35,150 nucleotides of DNA from Sphaeroforma arctica JP610 (taxonomy: Eukaryota): NCBI RefSeq assembly GCF_001186125.1, contig NW_014040265.1, positions 1 through 35,150 on the forward strand. Direction: 5' to 3'. Below are positions 30,530-35,150 of the stretch, piece by piece (position 1 is the stretch's first letter; each line of letters starts with the position of its first letter). Under the pieces are notes generated by a model. The model was not told the origin of the DNA. It made no database searches and worked only from the letters and a program-made list of their open reading frames with translations. Made by a program: the position numbers and the translations under genes.

Positions 30530-32400
30530 GAATTACCTCTTACCGGTTAGAATACGTCGCCGTCGTCGTCATTCACGCGGAATTCTCTGAGGCAATCAAA
30601 AAGATTGACTACCTCCTCGCTCCAAACATTGGCGAGTGGCTTACGAACTTCGACAGTGATTGTACAACCTGGCAATAAATGCTTAGTGAGAAAACTGAGT
30701 CTCGCGCGCGATATTTATTTGAATGTACTGCCAGGGAACAACTACAATTATTAAGGTGGCAAGAATTGTACATAAAATGCGTCTACTTCGGTCCGTTGTT
30801 CTGCGTGCACCACCAATAGTTCGACGTTGGTCCGTGCCGTACGAGTCAAATGCATATACGCGTTTGCAAAAAAAAAAAACTCTCACTCCAGGCTCGAGAA
30901 ACTGCCGCCAATTGGCCCTGACCTCCTTCAGCAATTACAGGAGTGCCACGACTTCCACAGTATCTGGACCCTCCACGAACACCTTGGATCTTTTCTCCAG
31001 CATGTTGAAGAACCACCGTACCCTCACCCGTCCCTGACACATCAACTGATGTTCCCCATACCCCGGCTAATCACGCTGTTGAAGTACTACTTCCAAATAT
31101 CGGTTCAAACCAAATCATCGCGCTTGTTGGTTCCGACTATGATACTTCCGATCCAGGCCACCCAACACATACCGAATTCATCCGTGGTCTGGTGCGGCAT
31201 TGGCTTACCCCCATCCTCGCTTCTCGACCGGATTATGACAGATAACCTGGTCCTTCTCGGTATTTCGTACTCTGCACTAACCCTTTCCGCGGCACTACAC
31301 GGCGCAGACCCGATCCGTACCACAGAGGTGGGTACTCTACTTAGTAGGTCAGCAAGCAAATATATGGAACATTCGATAGTAACAGTGTTTTGTCAACACC
31401 GGCCCGAATTGACTCAGCACATATCTTCCATTGTCGACTCACTGGGCCCAAGCTTCAAACGGGAATTTACTGACCACTTCCTCCCATCAATCTTTCCTGA
31501 ACCACTACAGCGACTATGAGAGCCATACCATATGTTCATTCCCTACAGGTCTATTTTTTTTTGTCGCATTCCCTGGTGCTAGCATTTTTAGCCGTACGCG
31601 CACCGGCGACCACACCACCCTTTTACTTCAAATCGGCCAAATATTTCAAGACCCCCTCCTGGACTCAGTCAGACACCAGGTGCTAGACTTAATGCCCACA
31701 ACTAGCGCGAACTATGGCAACTGTAACGACAATATGGACGATATCGAAGTGGATATGTATTATAGCGTTCAGCGGCTGCCACGTCAATATAGACGATATC
31801 GAAGCGGATATGTATTGTAGCGTTCGGCGGCTGCCACGACAATATGGACGATATCGAAGTGGATATGCGAAGTAGCGTACGGCTGTAAGGCTGCGGCAAC
31901 GACAATATGGACGATATCGAATTGGATATTCGATATAGCGTACAGTTGTATGGCTGCGGCAACGACAATATGGACGAGATCGAANNNNNNNNNNNNNNNN
32001 NNNNCTGCGGCAACGACAATATGGACGAGATCGAAGTGGATATGTATTGTAGCGTATAGCTACGGCAACGACAATATGGACGAGATCGGAGTGGATATGT
32101 ATTGTAGCGTACGGTGGCTGCAAGTACAATATGAATATGTGATGTGGCGTACTGCTGCTGCAACGTCAATATGGACGAGAATACATGAGCTCTATAATCA
32201 TTCCCATCCGTTGTTTGTATCGAATTGTACGCTAGTGACCCAGGATATTTTGGCGGCCTCTGCGGCCTTGGATCTGTCCGAGTACTCGAACAACCAGACG
32301 GGCATCCCCATACGCCTTGTAGGCATTTACTTCATCCCACTCGGCGCTTTCTTCAACTATTACCCCGTCCATGTACGGTTCCAGTTTTTCGGCCAGATCA
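30530..32400 (+). mobile_element. Probable decayed Ty3/Gypsy-like LTR-retrotransposon gag-pro-RT remnant
   Basis: Intronless frames broken by stops and frameshifts. Gag-like: KKIDYLLAPNIGEWLTNFDSDCTTWQ*ML...ARYL..TAREQLQLLRW. Protease-like: LLDRIMTDNLV...LHGADP (compare LLDSGATxNF...GADG). RT-like: ALDLSEYSNNQ...AFT/PLGAFFNY../MYG. The order matches Gypsy, but this is motif resemblance only and no LTRs were found. Confidence 0.45.
31715..32180. repeat. 55/63-bp minisatellite, about 8-9 copies (with an N gap)
   Basis: GACAATATGGACGA(T/G)ATCGAAGTGGATATG core at 31728, 31783, 31838, 31901, 31964, 32015 and 32070, then degenerate copies. Confidence 0.93.
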
Positions 32401-32515
32401 TTAGACAAAAACGCAGAAGCAATGGTGAAAGGCATGGGAGATATGTCATGCATGTAGTCTTGTACAATGTATATATATGTTATACAAGACTACCTATATA
32501 ACCTACTCGTGTAAG

Positions 32516-32548
<33 letters not shown>

Positions 32549-35150
32549 AATATGTGTATATGTATATATCAATATATGTACGTATACATATATTACTACA
32601 TGCATATTCATACCATGCCCCAATGTCTCACGCTGGTTGGGGGTGTTTTACGACCATGCACCAATATTATTGACAAGCTACAAAACACCTGTCCGATACA
32701 CCGGAGGCGCGGACTGTTTCCTGGGTACCTGAAACAGCTATACCTCGTCGTGTACCAAAACCGATACAATCTTTCACAGCACTGGTTGACAGAAATGCTA
32801 TTGTTATTGCAGTTCACGGACCATTTCAGATGTAAAAATAACGGGTTCTTTATAGTAGTTGCACAGTTAACGTATTTTATAAACGTGTTAACGTGTTTAA
32901 CGAATTGGACATGAACAAGAATGGCGTAATTCAAATTTCTGAACATATGACAGTACTCATTAGAGTATGGGACTCTACTGTGGACAATTAGGTGGCTTTC
33001 CAAATATAGATTGGTTTTTCCACTGAAATTATAATAGTACTGAACACCAATCTGACACCTGAAAATAACACTTTGGGAATCGCTAATTATTGAGAGTACC
33101 ATGAGAGAAGGTCTCAGGCATGAAATTGTTGTTGGTACAAACCTATGGTATAATTCGAAAATGATCTCAGAGCAAGATAATCCACTGAGAATAGGACAGC
33201 ATGGTTTTGATTCCTCCTAGCCAGCCAACTAGATGTGCCCGCCTATGCCTTAAATGGGATGAGAAGCTAGGTACCAAGTGATGAGGTTTAGGCGCAGATG
33301 GATACTGCACCAGCTTGGTGTTTTGATTTTATTTTTTATTTAATTAAGTTGGACTTAGAGGTATTTTATTGGTTAGTTTGATTAGGTGATTGTTTCGAGG
33401 CGTGAAATGTAGAATTGATATCTAGTCTCGGTAACTAAAACATAAATATATCTAGACCGAAGTAGTGAGTGATTAAAGCCAAGCATATAGACAATAGTCT
33501 CAGTCTAAAATCAGTCTAAAATTCCTTAATCGTTTGCTCATTACCAAGGGCTGAAGCTAAACTTATTTAACATTTTGCATTCTAACGTTTTAACGTATTG
33601 TATTATTAACATAAACGTTTTAGTATCGTATAGTCAGCCTCGAGGAGACCGACTTTTACACAGACTACGAATAGGCGACCGCCTCGAAGCCCTTAAGTGT
33701 ATGATCTACCCTGACGACGGGTATTCCGGGGACTGCAACGTGTAAATGGCACAAATCAGTAGGCATGCTTGCCATTCCTCGACTTGGATGTTACGTGCTG
33801 GGCGGCACGACTGCACCGCCACGTGTCCGAGATGGTATTCTGCGCTCCAAACTGCTGAAAGAGATCAAGTCCTTTGGGCAGACGCCTCGTAGAACCCTGT
33901 CTGCTTTAACAACTAACTATGTACCATCCCGCACGGCCGTCCAAGTCCCTTAAGCACGGTAGACCACCACTAGTGCCCTTGGAGCCGGTGTCCCTCGCAC
34001 AAGCACTGTCCCCCCCCCCCACCTCCCTACTACTACTATTGCGACTACCACTGCCACCCCTATGAATGAGGTAAGGCTACTCAGCACCCCTGCCACCCAA
34101 AGAAATCTCACCGCCAACGTAGTCCAGAATCCTTGTCTATAGCCGCAGCAGCCGCTACCACACCTGCTGCATGATTGAAATACTATTGTCGAAGGAAAGC
34201 GAGTAGAGGCTATGAGCTTGTTTCTGCTGCGGATGTCCGAGATTTATATAGACCTTCTCTCGGACTAAAGTTGATACTGTCGTACGTAGAGCCACTTTGA
34301 CAGTACATTGGTTGCCGATTGTTTGCAACTCAAGGATTTGAACTTGTTTATAGAACTTTTGTATTCAGATAAAAACCCCGAATCTTAAAACACACGCATC
34401 TCTTGGTGGGACTTGCCGCCAAAAAAAAAATCAATCAATCATTACACATAGTTTGATAACCGCACCTATACCCATCTAACATACCATCGAACAAAAGCGT
34501 GTGATTTGGTATGTTTAAAGTTTATTGGTGTTTAGTGTTTAAAAGGCGCTTCAAGCCTCTCCCGCCGGCCAGAGCTTAAGGGCTGTTTGGCAGGCCATAG
34601 TGCCAGGACAAGCTGGATGACGGGACGGACTGCCCAAAACTGACTTATACAAAGTTTGAAGATTTCCAGCTCATATTTACAAGTGTACGATTATCCAACA
34701 CATATGCCAGGTAGTAACAAGATTACAACGTATTAAGACCATCTCTTTGTGAAGTAAAATTATGTCCTATTGATCCCGTGACCCGCACTCGTGACGGAGC
34801 AGCAATCGTGTCTTGTACACTAGGAAACTCATATTAGATAGCAATTTGCACTTCAATTTGTTGTAAATCAATCTAAATATGACAAATACACTAAAGCATA
34901 GCTTTTGAAACAATCCACCAGCAGTTTCATAAACGTTACTTTCCTATAGGCAAATATTATGTCGCCCCTGTGTGAATGCGGAAGAAAATCCACGATGAGA
35001 TAGTTGGTATGTCATATCACTATTAAAACCCAGCCTCTAGGGAATTTAAGTAGGTTCCATTTTGGTTTTACCTTCTACAAGAAAATAAAAAATGTCATAT
35101 ACTCTAGTCTAGTAGGCGGCATACACCCGCATACACAAATACACACACTA

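Noticed and set aside
31715..32180. 55/63-bp repeats as a CRISPR array or repeat-protein ORFs
   Set aside because: The inter-core segments are homologous to each other rather than unique spacers. The 55-bp units shift frame and contain stops.
32600..35150. ORFs 32608-33102 and 33765-33953, and the GC-richer patch at 33640-34300
   Set aside because: No motifs and frequent stops; cannot be assigned without a database search.

Overview
Intron-rich eukaryotic scaffold with N-gaps and many micro- and minisatellites. Splice style and gene content suggest a unicellular opisthokont, but the taxon cannot be fixed from this window. I assembled four spliced genes by hand with phase-consistent GT-AG junctions: (1) cyclophilin-40/PPID (+, 2 exons, 356 aa); (2) a GT61/EOGT-like glycosyltransferase (+, at least 12 exons, 5' end missing, C-terminal transmembrane helix); (3) RIT1, the initiator-tRNA A64 phosphoribosyltransferase (-, 6 exons, about 594 aa); (4) a divergently transcribed, probably mitochondrial RRM-like protein (+, 3' end unresolved). 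The right-hand 8 kb has only decayed coding-like relics, including a probable Ty3/Gypsy gag-pro-RT remnant interrupted by a minisatellite. The most striking unexplained pattern is four independent tandem duplications anchored on exon boundaries (two acceptors, one donor, one stop codon), which leave decoy copies of exon ends. In addition, YAG-bearing minisatellites abut two acceptors, and telomere-like TTTAGGG motifs are scattered in introns. No CRISPR array, rRNA or tRNA was found.
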